From the NCBI GenBank assembly GCA_019635015.1, contig JAHCAG010000005.1, positions 10,810 to 74,809 on the forward strand: a DNA stretch of 64,000 bases. The letters run 5' to 3'. Each line of letters opens with the position of its first letter. Positions within the stretch are counted from its first letter, which is position 1. This DNA comes from Burkholderiales bacterium (GTDB lineage Bacteria > Pseudomonadota > Gammaproteobacteria > Burkholderiales > SG8-41). The position numbers and the translations under genes are program-made. This document shows, piece after piece, positions 7,892-19,200 of this stretch. Under the pieces are notes generated by a model. The model had not been told where the DNA came from. It searched no databases and saw only the letters and a program-made list of their open reading frames with translations.

Positions 7892-8035
7892 ATGAGAAAA
7901 CAGAATGGGCTTCTCCCGCTTTCCCGGACACATTTTTTCAAGGCTGAGGTGGTGCGACAGACGCTGACGCCCGGGATATCCACAGCACAGGTTGCGCAGG
8001 ATATGGGTCTACACAGCAACGTGCTGCGAGGATGA
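7892..8035 (+). pseudogene. remnant of an IS3-family transposase orfA (N-terminal HTH part only)
   Basis: My translation: MRKQNGLLPLSRTHFFKAEVVRQTLTPGISTAQVAQDMGLHSNVLRG*. The FKAEVV...G.S.AQVAQDMGLH.NVLR(K/R)W pattern is typical of IS3 OrfA. It stops after 47 codons, with no orfB or inverted repeats nearby. Confidence 0.5.
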
Positions 8036-8128
8036 TATGGGGACGGAGCCCAATTTATTCTCACGACAGCAGTCTGCCAGAGTGAGGTGAGGCAATGCTA
8101 CGCCGGGCGTCGTTCATCGGCGAAGACG
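8032..8128 (+). repeat. copy B of the imperfect ~90-nt direct repeat (partner at 6607-6693)
   Basis: See copy A. Copy B starts at the stop codon of the IS3 orfA remnant and carries an extra 11 nt (gggcgtcgttc). Confidence 0.55.
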
Positions 8129-8711
8129 CTAAGTCATTAACACTGGGGGTATTGCCGATTTTGTACGCTGGGATGCGGGCGTTCGTGATACTGGCGTGTG
8201 GCGTTCGCAAAATAACAAGACGGTCCGTCGTCTTCCGTCAATTTTATGGCACTCATGTCCGGGCAGCGGTGCCGAGTGGATTGAACATCTTAATCACATG
8301 TTTTTAAATGAATCTCCAGGGGGATGGCGGCGCATTCCTCATGGGATTCGCGGGTCAAACTTATCAATTTGGTAGATTTGACGATATCCCGATTCGCTTA
8401 CACCATCGAACAACAATAAACGGTCGATAGCGCAATGCTACGACCTTGCACAGGGGTGTGCGCATGCGGCAGTGGGGGGATTACTGCGGCAAGAAGAATG
8501 CCGGCCCGTTCTGGCGCCGGCTGGCGGGTTTTCTTTTTTCAAACGAATCGTTTCTCACGGAAATTGATTGTTTATTTCCACGGCGCTCTGTTGGCGACTG
8601 TGCGGGGCTGGGTGATCGATGCGTTTTTGTTCCGGGGGAATGTATGAATGTAAGACCTGCCCCCGATGTGTGTGCAGCATTATTGATGCGCAATTCGCCA
8701 CGGAGGCAGAT

Positions 8712-9311
8712 ATGGGTTTGGTAATTGCAGGCGCGCTCGCGCTTTATCTGCTGATAACAATCACGGTAGTCATCGGCGCAATCAGGTATGCGAAGAAAAA
8801 CGGCAAGAGTGCTAAGCGCTGGGGCTGTAGTGCTGCACTCGTCATGTACTTGATTCCGTTCTGGGACTGGATACCGACGATGGCAGTGCATCAGTATTCC
8901 TGCGCGACGGAAGCCGGGTTCTGGGTTTACAAGACGCCGGAGCAGTGGAAAAAAGAGAATCCGGGGGTGATGGAGACACTAATTAGTAACAGAGGGCAAG
9001 TTCGCAGTTTCTCCGGTGACAATGACAATTTTGTTCGTAAGAGTCTGATGAATCAACGTTTTGTTTACATCTCAAAACATAATGGCCCACTGTTCCTTAA
9101 TAGATGGCGATACGAACAACAAATTGTCGATAGTAAAACTGACGTTGTAATGGCTCGTAGCGTAGATTTCTCAACTTCGCATCAACGCCGTCAAGCTGGA
9201 TGGTCGGGTTGGAAATTTTGGTTAGACAGACAGCAATGTAATACATACGAAAATATAGATAGCGGATCACTTTCAACTATTGCGAAACAATTTGAGGGGG
9301 CTGAAAAGTGA
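8712..9311 (+). CDS. hypothetical 2-TM membrane protein with ~140-aa predicted periplasmic C-terminal domain
   Basis: ATG 8712 with GGAGG at 8702-8706. 199 aa: TM1 [23 protein letters not shown], basic loop [14 protein letters not shown]2 [20 protein letters not shown], Trp-rich soluble tail. Low GC. The stop overlaps the GTG start of the giant gene (GTGA, 9308-9311). Confidence 0.6.
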   Translation: MGLVIAGALALYLLITITVVIGAIRYAKKNGKSAKRWGCSAALVMYLIPFWDWIPTMAVHQYSCATEAGFWVYKTPEQWKKENPGVMETLISNRGQVRSFSGDNDNFVRKSLMNQRFVYISKHNGPLFLNRWRYEQQIVDSKTDVVMARSVDFSTSHQRRQAGWSGWKFWLDRQQCNTYENIDSGSLSTIAKQFEGAEK

Positions 9312-10210
9312 TCGACCTTCTAAAAGTTTTTCAACAAACGCAATTAGCTGAAGCGGCATACGCGAATTTTAGAGCAGTGGGTGGGGGAGTGATTTTCGAC
9401 AGAGATGGAATTATTGCCGCGCTTCAGGCTGAAAATTTCAGCGAATCCCAAGCCACTAACTTCGTCAACGAATGGGACGTAATCGACCATGTTCCTAACA
9501 CGGCCTTTGGCTTTTCGGCGACGATTTTCCGCAACCGGCAATCTGGCAATTACACATTAGCCATACGAGGCAGCAATGCTTCAAGCCTGGCGGACATTCT
9601 CAACGATATCAACATCATTGCGAGTGATGGGCTTGCTATTGCGCAATTAGTTAATCTCTACAACTTTTGGCAACGAGCTAATACTACACTTGACGCTGAA
9701 TACACTGCTGCTAAGGCAGTTGCGCAACTGGATGCAGGTAATGGAACGGTTTCCTACGCAATAAACTGGATTCCGTCCGCACAGCTCATTGATGCCAGTC
9801 TGCGGCAGGGTTCTGGCGCATTGACATCACCGCCTGCCATGCTGAATGTCACCGGCCACTCGCTCGGCGGTCATTTGGCGATGGCTTTTACCCGGTTGTT
9901 CCCTGATGTTCCTTCGACAGCACTCGTGGTCAACGCTCTGGGCTTCAAGCTTGGCACCCCCACTGTGGATTCTGTTTTTTCGCAGCTTGGGGGCGTGCCG
10001 GCATTTAACGCCTCGATAGTCACCAACATTTATGGCATTGCTGGTCCGGAGTTTGCTGCGATGAACAATGGAGTACTTCAGCAGCCCGGTGGTTATGAAG
10101 GTTTGTTTATCGAAAATGGTTCGATAAATCCGATTACCGGATTTCCGTCGCACAGCAGTGTTCAAATGACGGATAGCGCGGCCGTCTACGACCTTTTCAT
10201 TCGTCTATCC
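9308..10210 (+). other. lipase class-3 / family I.3-like catalytic domain of the giant protein
   Basis: aa 1-300: beta-strand-GHSLGG-helix motif at aa 183-188, preceded by the (A/S)IRGS strand motif typical of class 3 lipases. The DNA here is markedly lower in GC than the RTX part. Confidence 0.7.
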
Positions 10211-13200
10211 TCGCAAATCCGCAACAGCACTCCGACCGAAGCATTGGCAACGTTAAAGCCGCTGTTCGAAGCCAGCAGTGCCCAAGCCGACTCATCTCTA
10301 GAGCGCATCGTTGATGCGTTAGTCAATTTGCACGGACTGGACTTTGCTCCGCTGACTGCTGGCAAGATCGGTGATCGGGAGACGCTCTATGAGCGCATTG
10401 TGCCGCTTCAGGCGCTTGTTACGGGACTTTCCGACAACAACCCAGACGTACATGTGGATGTGCTGACCGCCACATCGGCTGAAAGCATGACCTTGCTGGC
10501 TTTGGATTCGACCGCGTTTGCCTACCGCTACGCCCTCAAAGAACTCAACCCTTTCGCCATCGTTGGAGACAATTCGCTTTACGCGATTCATAACCAGAAC
10601 GGTGAGCTCGATTTATATGATCCCATCGCTAAAACCGGCAATCTAACCAGCGATTGGATCGCCGACCGTGCAGAGTTTCTGGCCCGGAAGAACATGGCCA
10701 ATATTGCTGATGTGACGGCCATCATCAGTCCGGAGTTTGGCGTCGATAACCGCACGCAATTCAAGGATGTGGCGAGCGGTTATGCGCTTACGTTGTCGGA
10801 GGTCGGGTTGCCGGCACACAGCGTTTCAGCGCGACAGATCGCCTTTGGTTCGGATGCTTCCGATTTTCTGGAGGGCGGCTCCAAGTCAGACAAGCTCTAT
10901 GGCAATGCAGGCGCCGACTACCTGCGCGGCAAACTGGACAATGACCACCTCGAGGGCGGCCGTGGCATGGACGTCTACGAATACAACGGCCGCACGAGTC
11001 TGCTCAGCGCGTCCATGAATGACGGCAATGACACCCTCCTCGACACCGATGGCAAAGGCGTCCTGCGCTACGTTTTCAACGAAGGCGGTGTGGCGGGGAT
11101 TGGCGCTAAAAGCACCTCCACCATCATCCGCGACGTCAGCAACCGCGTCTCCGGCACGCAGTGGAACAGTGCAGACGGCAAATTCAGCTACCAGAGGGTG
11201 CAGAACGACCTGATTGTCACCATCACCGGAGATGCGGGTGGGCAGATTACCCTGAAGGATTTCAAGGAGGGGGATTTCGGCATTTACCTCCTTGATGAAC
11301 AGCGCGACCTTCCGGAGACCACGCGCGATATTTTGGGTGACAAGGGGTATGTCGAAAGCGCGGGGCAACGGACGCAACTGAAAGGGCCAGGCGGCGTGCC
11401 GCTGAAATATGGTGCCCCCGACTTTATCAGTCCTACGCTTTATCGGACCTATGAGCAGTTAGCGCTGGCCGAACCCATTCCGGCGGATTGGCACCACGCG
11501 CAACTATCCTCGCCCTATGTGCTTCACCACACGACGGTCAACGGTTCGGTCACGACCGAGTTCTACGCATTGCCGGTGACACTGGAATACCTGTATGTGG
11601 CCGAAGACGATCTGGGCAACCTGCAGCGCACGGCTGACGATCAGGCGGGTGAGGAGGATCGTCTTTACGACAGCGCGGGGAATGACCGGATCGCCTCGGG
11701 AAGCGGCAATGACCGGATTGACGCCTTTCGGGGCGGCGCTGATTTCATTTCCGCAGGGGTGGGGCGTGATGTGGTTATCGCCGGCGATGGGGATGACGTC
11801 ATAGAAGGCGGCGCCGATGGGATAGCGACCCTCGGCGGGGTGGTGACGGCAGGCGGCGACATGATCGCCGGCGGTGCCGGTAACGATGAAATTTATGGCA
11901 ACACGAGAATTGCCTTGTCGCTTGCCATTCAGCAGGGAGAGACGGCAACAGCCACCGATGCCATCGGAGATTTTCTGTCGGGTGGTGAAGGTAATGACTG
12001 GGTGGTGGGTGATGCTGGGAATGATTTTCTGGCTGGGGGTGATGGCGACGATATTCTGGTTGGCGGGGCAGGGCATGACAATCTGCTTGGGGATGACAAC
12101 CGCAAGGTGCAGGATGCGGGATGGAGCGTGGTGCGGCAGGTCAGTGGAGACGAGGTAAGCGGGCGCGTATATCGGATGGTTTTCAGTGGAACTGTGGAGG
12201 TTTCCGGCAGCGTCGAAGGGCGGGATGTCATCTACGGCGGCGCCGGGGGCGACTGGGCCTTTGCCGGTGGAGGTGATGATTTCATTGACGGTGGCAGCGG
12301 CGAGGATGTGCTGTTCGGCGGTGCTGGTTCCGATGTGGTGATCGGCGGTCTGCATAACGATGTGCTGATCGGTGACGGTGCAGAGGTGCCAGTTGAGCAT
12401 CATGGTGACGATTATCTTGATGGCGGTGAGGGCAACGACACGCTTTTCGGCGAGGGCGGCAACGACGTCCTGATCGGTGATGCTGGCCAGGATATCCTGC
12501 GCGGCGGAGACGGTAACGATATTCTGATTGGCGGCACGGGTGCCGATATCCTGATCGGAGGCGCTGGCAAGGATATTTACGTTTTCAATCGTGGCGACGG
12601 CACGGATACCATTTTTGATACTGCCGAAGCTGTCGGCAGTCCAGAGGCCAGCGTCATTGTGTTCGGCGAAGGTATCAGGAAAAGCGACGTCAAATTCGGC
12701 CCCGGCAGCCTGATGATCAATCTAGGCCCCTCCGACCCGGATGATCCGCTGGCAGGCAACGACCAGCTTCACTTCGAAAACTTCAATCACGATTATCCCG
12801 AGCTCACCGCCGCCATCGGCGAAATCCGTTTTGCCGACGGAACTTCGATGAGCTATGCCGATATCCTGGCGCAGGGCTTCGATATCGACGGCACGGCTTT
12901 GGACGACCTTGGTCCTGCCGCGCTGATCGGCAGTTCGATCACCGACCGCATTCGCGGCTTTGCCGGCAACGACGAACTGGAGGGCCGTGACGGCGACGAT
13001 GTGCTGATTGGTGATGGCGGATCGGACCGGCTGGATGGCGGCAATGGCAACGATGTGCTGGATGGTGGAGCCGGTAACGATTGGTTGGCCGGGGGAATGG
13101 GCAGCGACGATTACCGCTTTGTCAGTGGCGATGGCCTGGATACGCTGACGGAGGGTTCCCTGTTCGTGCGCGGACTGTCCGATCCGGTGCATGCGGACAG

Positions 13201-16200
13201 GATCATGTTCGGCGAGGGTGTGTCGCGGGAGCAGGTTTCCCTGTTGCGTTCGGCCGACGGCAATCTGAGCGTGCGGTATGGCGCGGGCGATGAAATCCTG
13301 ATCGAGGGGCAATACGGCACGGCGGGTGCGGATATCGAGCGCATCGTGTTTGCTGACGGGCAGACCATCGAAAAAGCCGAGCTTGATGCCCTGGAGATCG
13401 GGGTGCTGGAAGGCACCGGTGGCAATGATGAGTTGTACGGCACTGCGGGGAATGACGTTCTGCGGGGACATGAGGGTGACGATTATCTGGATGGCGGGCC
13501 GATACCCGAGCGCCGGGTGTCCGGTGGGACGCCAGTCACCGGCAACGACGTTCTGGAGGGTAGCGGCGGAGCAGATACCTATGCCCTGTATTGGGGCATG
13601 GGGGCAGACCGGATCATCGATATTGCCGACGGCGAAACCAACACGCTGCAGTTGCTGGACGGTGCGACTCTCGACAGCGTCAAGACTTCGCGCGATGGCG
13701 ACGATCTGCTGGTGACGATGCGCGGTTCGACTGATGGTGCGCGGATCGAGGGATTCTTTTCCGGGGGCGGTGCGGCTTCGTGGCAGATCGGCAGTGCTAC
13801 TGACGGCAACCGGCCCCTGCTGGAGCTTTACGTTGCGCAAAGCACGTCAACCAATGCGCATGCCGTTGAAGCGATGGAGGATTACAAGCAGCGCCTGCTG
13901 GGTGAATGGCGTGCCCGGGGGCAGTCTAATTTTGACCAGCCGACCCATGTTTATGTCAGATCGACCTGGTCGCAGACGATATCGGAGTGGACAAGACTGA
14001 TCCCGGCGTTACCAGAGCCCATCATTTATACGCAGACCATGGTCAACGACCCGGTGACCTATACGACGATAAACGGTTATGCGGTGCGACAGGGCGGCCG
14101 CTTTAACGCGCTTTCTCTGAACGGAAACTCGGCGTTTCAGCTTCATGTGGCACCGCTCATATTCAACCGGGAATCCGACGACAGCCGTATCGAGGTGGAA
14201 CAGTCTCCGGGTGGATCAACGGACTCGCAGTCTTACACCTATTTTGCAGGGATCAACGGGCCCTTCGACAACCAGCGCAGCTATTCGTACAGCAATGGTT
14301 TCATGGTCAACACCGTGACCGAGTCCAGTTACGAAGCGTGGATCCCGCTGTTTTTGCGTGAAGATGAGGAGGGTGATTTCAGCCTGAGTCATCACCAGAT
14401 CACCGAAAATCCGGTCATCGAGGAGATCGTTGCCGGCGCCGGAAACAATACGATTGTCGGAGCCTTGGGCAGCTCGGGCGACCACGTGGCCTTGATTGAT
14501 GCCGGTGCCGGGGATGATTCGATCGAGGCAGGGCAGTACGATTTTGTATTTGGCAATGAGGGTGACGACGAGATCTTCGGCGGCGCTTATGCCTATGGCG
14601 GCGATGGTAACGATACGTTGTCCGGCGGCCATTTTCTGTCCGGCGGAGCCGACGACGATGTGCTTGTTGGAGGGGAAGACGAGACCATTTTTCATTTCCG
14701 GGCCGACGAGGCGGGGCGGGACTGGGTCGAGGACAGAAATGGCATTTCGCTGAACGATTTTGCCGTTAAGGTGGGCCTTGTCGATTCTTACTCAAATCTG
14801 ATTTATGGCGGCAAGGTTCGTTACCTGAACAGTAATTTCTTGTATGAAGAGGCGTTCAGGAATTGGGTCGACAGGAATCCGTCATGGCCCGGTTTTTCTT
14901 ATGCAAACCTGGATCATGGCCTTCCCTACGAGGAAGCGCCGCAGGGCTACCATGTTTTGGGGAATTCCAGTGGATTTCCCCGGGGTGTTCCGGATAAATT
15001 GGCGAGGGGGTTGGCACCTGCCTGGGGGGATGGTTACTACACCTGGGTGTTCAATTCTGTCGAAGACATGATGCGGGATTTTGCAGATCTCGGTCTTGCA
15101 TTCAATCCTGCTGAAGTTCAAGTGATTCCCGGGGCGGCTGATCTGGCGGAATTCACGGCTGACAATCACGAGGCACTGAGACCGTTTTTTGATCAGGGCA
15201 TCCTGAAGAAAGATGTCGTGGAACTCGCAGGTTTCCGGCTGGAGACCGATGTTCTTGATGTCGGTTTTGTTCCGCCGGATGACACGGGCGACAGGCGGGC
15301 CCTGCGTCTGGTCTGGGGCGAAGATAAAGTCATCGAAGTTGAGCTGCCATCCGCGGATGATTTGATCGGGCATGGCGTCGAGACAATCAGTTTCGGAGGG
15401 GCTTCGTTCTACATTGGCGAGATGATCGAGTGGGCGGAGGAAACCGGAATTCTCGGAACACAGCTTGAGGATTACATCCAGGGCACGGACGCCAGCGATG
15501 TGATTCGCGGCATTGGTGGATGGGATTACATCAATGGCGGCGCCGGCGATGACATTCTGTCCGGCGGTACCGGTGCGGATACTTTTGCTTTCTTCGAAGG
15601 CGCCGGGACGGACACCATTCTCGATGGTGATGCCGAGGATGTCATTGAATTCGATGCCGGCATCACTTCCACGCAGTTGCGCCTGGGCCTGGGCTCTCTC
15701 CGCCTCGGTTATGGGGCGTCGGGCGACCAGATTCTGTTCGAGGGATTTGATCCGGACGACGTGCATGCCAACACCTTGTTCTCAGTGCTTCAGTTCTGGG
15801 ATGTCGAGGAGGTGGAACTGCCTGATGGCTCGCCTGATTTTGTCTGGACGCTGGTCGAAGAGCTGACATACGGACAAGTGCTGGAACGCGGTTTCGATCT
15901 TGTGGGAACCGCCGGGGATGATGTCCTGCGTGGCACCAATATCCACGATCGGTTCGAGGGCGGTGCCGGCAACGATTTGCTGACTGGCGGTTTCGGAAGC
16001 GACACCTATTTCTTCAGCGCTGGCGATGGCATTGACACGATCAACGACTTCTCGGAATCCGGGCAAATCAACCGGATTGTGCTGCGTGATCATCTGGAGG
16101 CTGACGTTGCCGGTGGCAGGGAAGGCGATTATGTGATCCTGCGTGTCGATGGATCCAGTGACGAGTTGCGGATCCGCTGGGATGACCCGACGGGCCTCGG

Positions 16201-19200
16201 TGTTGATGAGGTCGAGTTTGCCGACGGCGCGGTCTGGAACAGGGCTTATCTGGACAGTCTGGAGATTTCGGGCAATCTGCCGCCGGTGGTGGCGCTGCCG
16301 ATCGGGCCGGTCGCTTTCAACGAAGATGCAGCCTCGGGTTTTGTGGTTCCTGCCAACATATTCCAGGATCCGGATGCCGGCGATCTGCTGGGATATTCCG
16401 CTGCGCTGGCCGATGGCGGGGCGCTGCCGTCGTGGTTGTCGTTCGACCCGGAAACCCGGACCTTTTCCGGAACTCCTGCGAACGGCGATGTGGGCTCGTT
16501 CCAGATCCGGGTTACGGTGACCGACAGATATGGCGCTTCGGTATCCGACACCTTCAGCCTGTCGGTACTGAACACCAACGATGCCCCGGAGCTTGTGGCG
16601 GCACTGGCTGACCAGAGCGCCGTGCAGGGGCAGCCCTTCAGTTTTGCATTGCCCGCAGAAAGCTTTGCCGACGTGGATGGCGGTGATCTGCTGAATTACA
16701 CCGCGACCCTCGCCAATGGTGCGTCGTTGCCCGGGTGGCTGGTGTTCGAAGAGGCCACCCTGACATTCAGCGGCGTTCCCGGTAATGGTGATGTGGGTGC
16801 GCTGAAAGTCAGAGTGACGGCGACTGATGGTGACGGCGTATCGGTGTCCGATACCTTTGTGCTGCTCATCGCCAACGTCAACGACGCGCCGGAGTTGGCC
16901 ATTCCCTTGACGGATCAGGCGGTGACCGCGGGGGCGCTCTTCAGTTACGTGGTACCGGCCGACACCTTTGCCGATGCGGATGCCGGCGACAGCCTGAGCC
17001 TGAGCGCTCGGCTGGCTGATGGCAATGCCCTGCCCGGATGGCTCAGTTTTGATGCGGTAACAGGCACGTTCATCGGGACGTTCAGCGGCATACCGTCCGC
17101 ATCCAATGTGGGTGTGCTGGACGTGGAGGTCGTGGCGACCGACGACGGCGGCGCGACGGGAAGAGATTCATTCACGCTGACGGTCAATGCTGCGCCCGGA
17201 CTGGTGCTGACCGGTGCCGCCGGAGCCGATGTGCTTGAGGGTGGTTTCGGCAACGATTTGATCGACGGCCTTGCCGGCGCGGACCTGATGGCTGGCGGCG
17301 ATGGCGACGATACCTATGTGGTCGATCATGCGGGCGACGTAATTATCGAGCGCCCTGGTGAGGGACGCGACACGGTGCTGAGCAGCGTCAACTACATACT
17401 GCCTGATGAAGTCGAGAATCTGTGCCTCACCGGTGCCGCCAACCGCAATGCCACGGGCAATGCGCTCTCGAATGTCATCACCGGCAATGCGGGCGCCAAC
17501 CGGCTGGATGGCGGCGCGGGCGCCGATGTGCTGATTGGCGGACTGGGCAACGACATCTATATCGTCGATGACGCGCTGGATGCCGTGTTTGAGGCGGTGT
17601 CCGCCGGAACGGATACCGTGCTGTCGTCCGTCAGCCACGTGCTGTCGGCCAATGTCGAGCATTTGACCCTGACGGGTGAAGCCGTCATTGACGGCACGGG
17701 CAACGAACTGGCGAACACGATTACCGGCAACGCAGCCGCCAATATCCTGTGGGGCGGCATGGGCAGCGACCGGCTCATCGGTGGTGGTGGCATCGACACG
17801 CTGATCGGCGGCTTGGGCAATGATGTATATGTCATTGATTTTATTGATGATATTCTGGTCGAGTTTACGGGCGAAGGTACGGACACAGTGCAGGCGCCGT
17901 TTGACTACACCTTGCACGAACATTTCGAGAATCTCCTGCTGACCGGCGATGCGCTGGCAGGTATCGGCAACGCCGCGGCCAACCGGCTCACCGGCAATGC
18001 GCAGGCCAACGTGCTGTCCGGACTGGATGGCAACGACGTGCTGAACGGCGGCGGTGGCGCGGACATCCTTATCGGCGGCGCGGGAAACGATACCTATATC
18101 GTTGATGACGCGGCCGATGTGATCGTGGAACTGGCCGGTGAAGGGACGGATACCGTGCAAGCCGGCGTGACTTATACGATCGGCGAACACATCGAGCGAC
18201 TGGTGTTGACCGGCAATGCGGCAATCGACGGTACGGGCAATTCGCAGGACAACCGGCTCACCGGCAATGCTGCGGCGAACACGCTGCGTGGACTTGACGG
18301 CAACGACATCCTCGACGGCAAGGCGGGCGCCGACATCCTGATCGGCGGACTTGGCAACGACAGCTATATCATCGATCAGACCGATGATGTCGTCGTCGAG
18401 TTTTCTGGCGAGGGCATCGATACGGTTACTTCCAGCGTGGGTTATGTCTTGTCAGAGTATGTGGAAAACCTGATTTTGTCCGGAAGCGATGCTGTTGACG
18501 GAACAGGCAACGGGCTCGACAACCGGCTCACCGGCAACGCCGCGGACAACATGCTCTACGGACTGGACGGCAACGACGTCCTCGACGGCAAGGGTGGAGC
18601 GGATACCCTGATCGGCGGGGCGGGTGACGATGTGTATGTCATCGACAGCCTTGGGGATGTGGCCATCGAATACGCCGGGGAGGGCATCGACACCGTCCAG
18701 ACCACGCTGGCGTGGACGCTCGCTGATCACCTGGAAAACCTGTCCCTGACCGGGGCGGCAGCGATCGACGGTACCGGCAATGCCGCCGACAACATCATTG
18801 TCGGCAATGCCGGAGCCAATGTTCTGAGAGGACTTGATGGCAATGATCTGTTGGATGGCGGCACGGGTGCTGACACCCTGATTGGCGGTGCCGGTGATGA
18901 CCATTATGTCGTTGAACGGAGCACGGATGTGGTGGTTGAGGCCGCAGAAGAGGGTGTCGATACGGTTTACAGTCGTGTGACCTGGACACTGGGTGATCAT
19001 CTGGAGCATCTGGTGCTGACCGGCACGGCCAATACAGCGGGCACCGGCAATGCGCTCGACAACAGTATTTTCGGCAACACCGGCAACAACACGCTGGATG
19101 GCAGGGGCGGGGCTGACTTCATGGCCGGCGGGCTGGGTAACGACACTTATATGGTTGATGACGCCGGCGACGTTGTGTCTGAATCGGCAGGGGGCGGCAC

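Noticed and set aside
8092-8443. 11-nt direct repeat gcaatgctacg (8092-8102 and 8433-8443).
   Set aside because: It is too short, and its flanks show no similarity. In a lower-GC stretch this could be chance, so it is not reported as a feature.
8095-8724. Small ORFs in the low-GC spacer (8095..8307, 8435..8647, 8446..8724, 8481..8891 minus).
   Set aside because: They have no ribosome-binding sites or recognisable motifs, they overlap one another, and 8095..8307 begins inside the decayed repeat copy B. I treat them as non-coding or decayed DNA.
8712-9311. The upstream 199-aa protein, considered as an RTX-activating acyltransferase (HlyC/CyaC type) or a lipase foldase (Lif).
   Set aside because: HlyC-type enzymes are soluble cytoplasmic proteins without TM helices, and I see none of their conserved His/Asp context. 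Lif foldases are larger, have a single TM helix and an all-helical Ala/Leu-rich domain, and are usually encoded downstream. Neither fits, so the assignment is left as an immunity-like hypothesis only.
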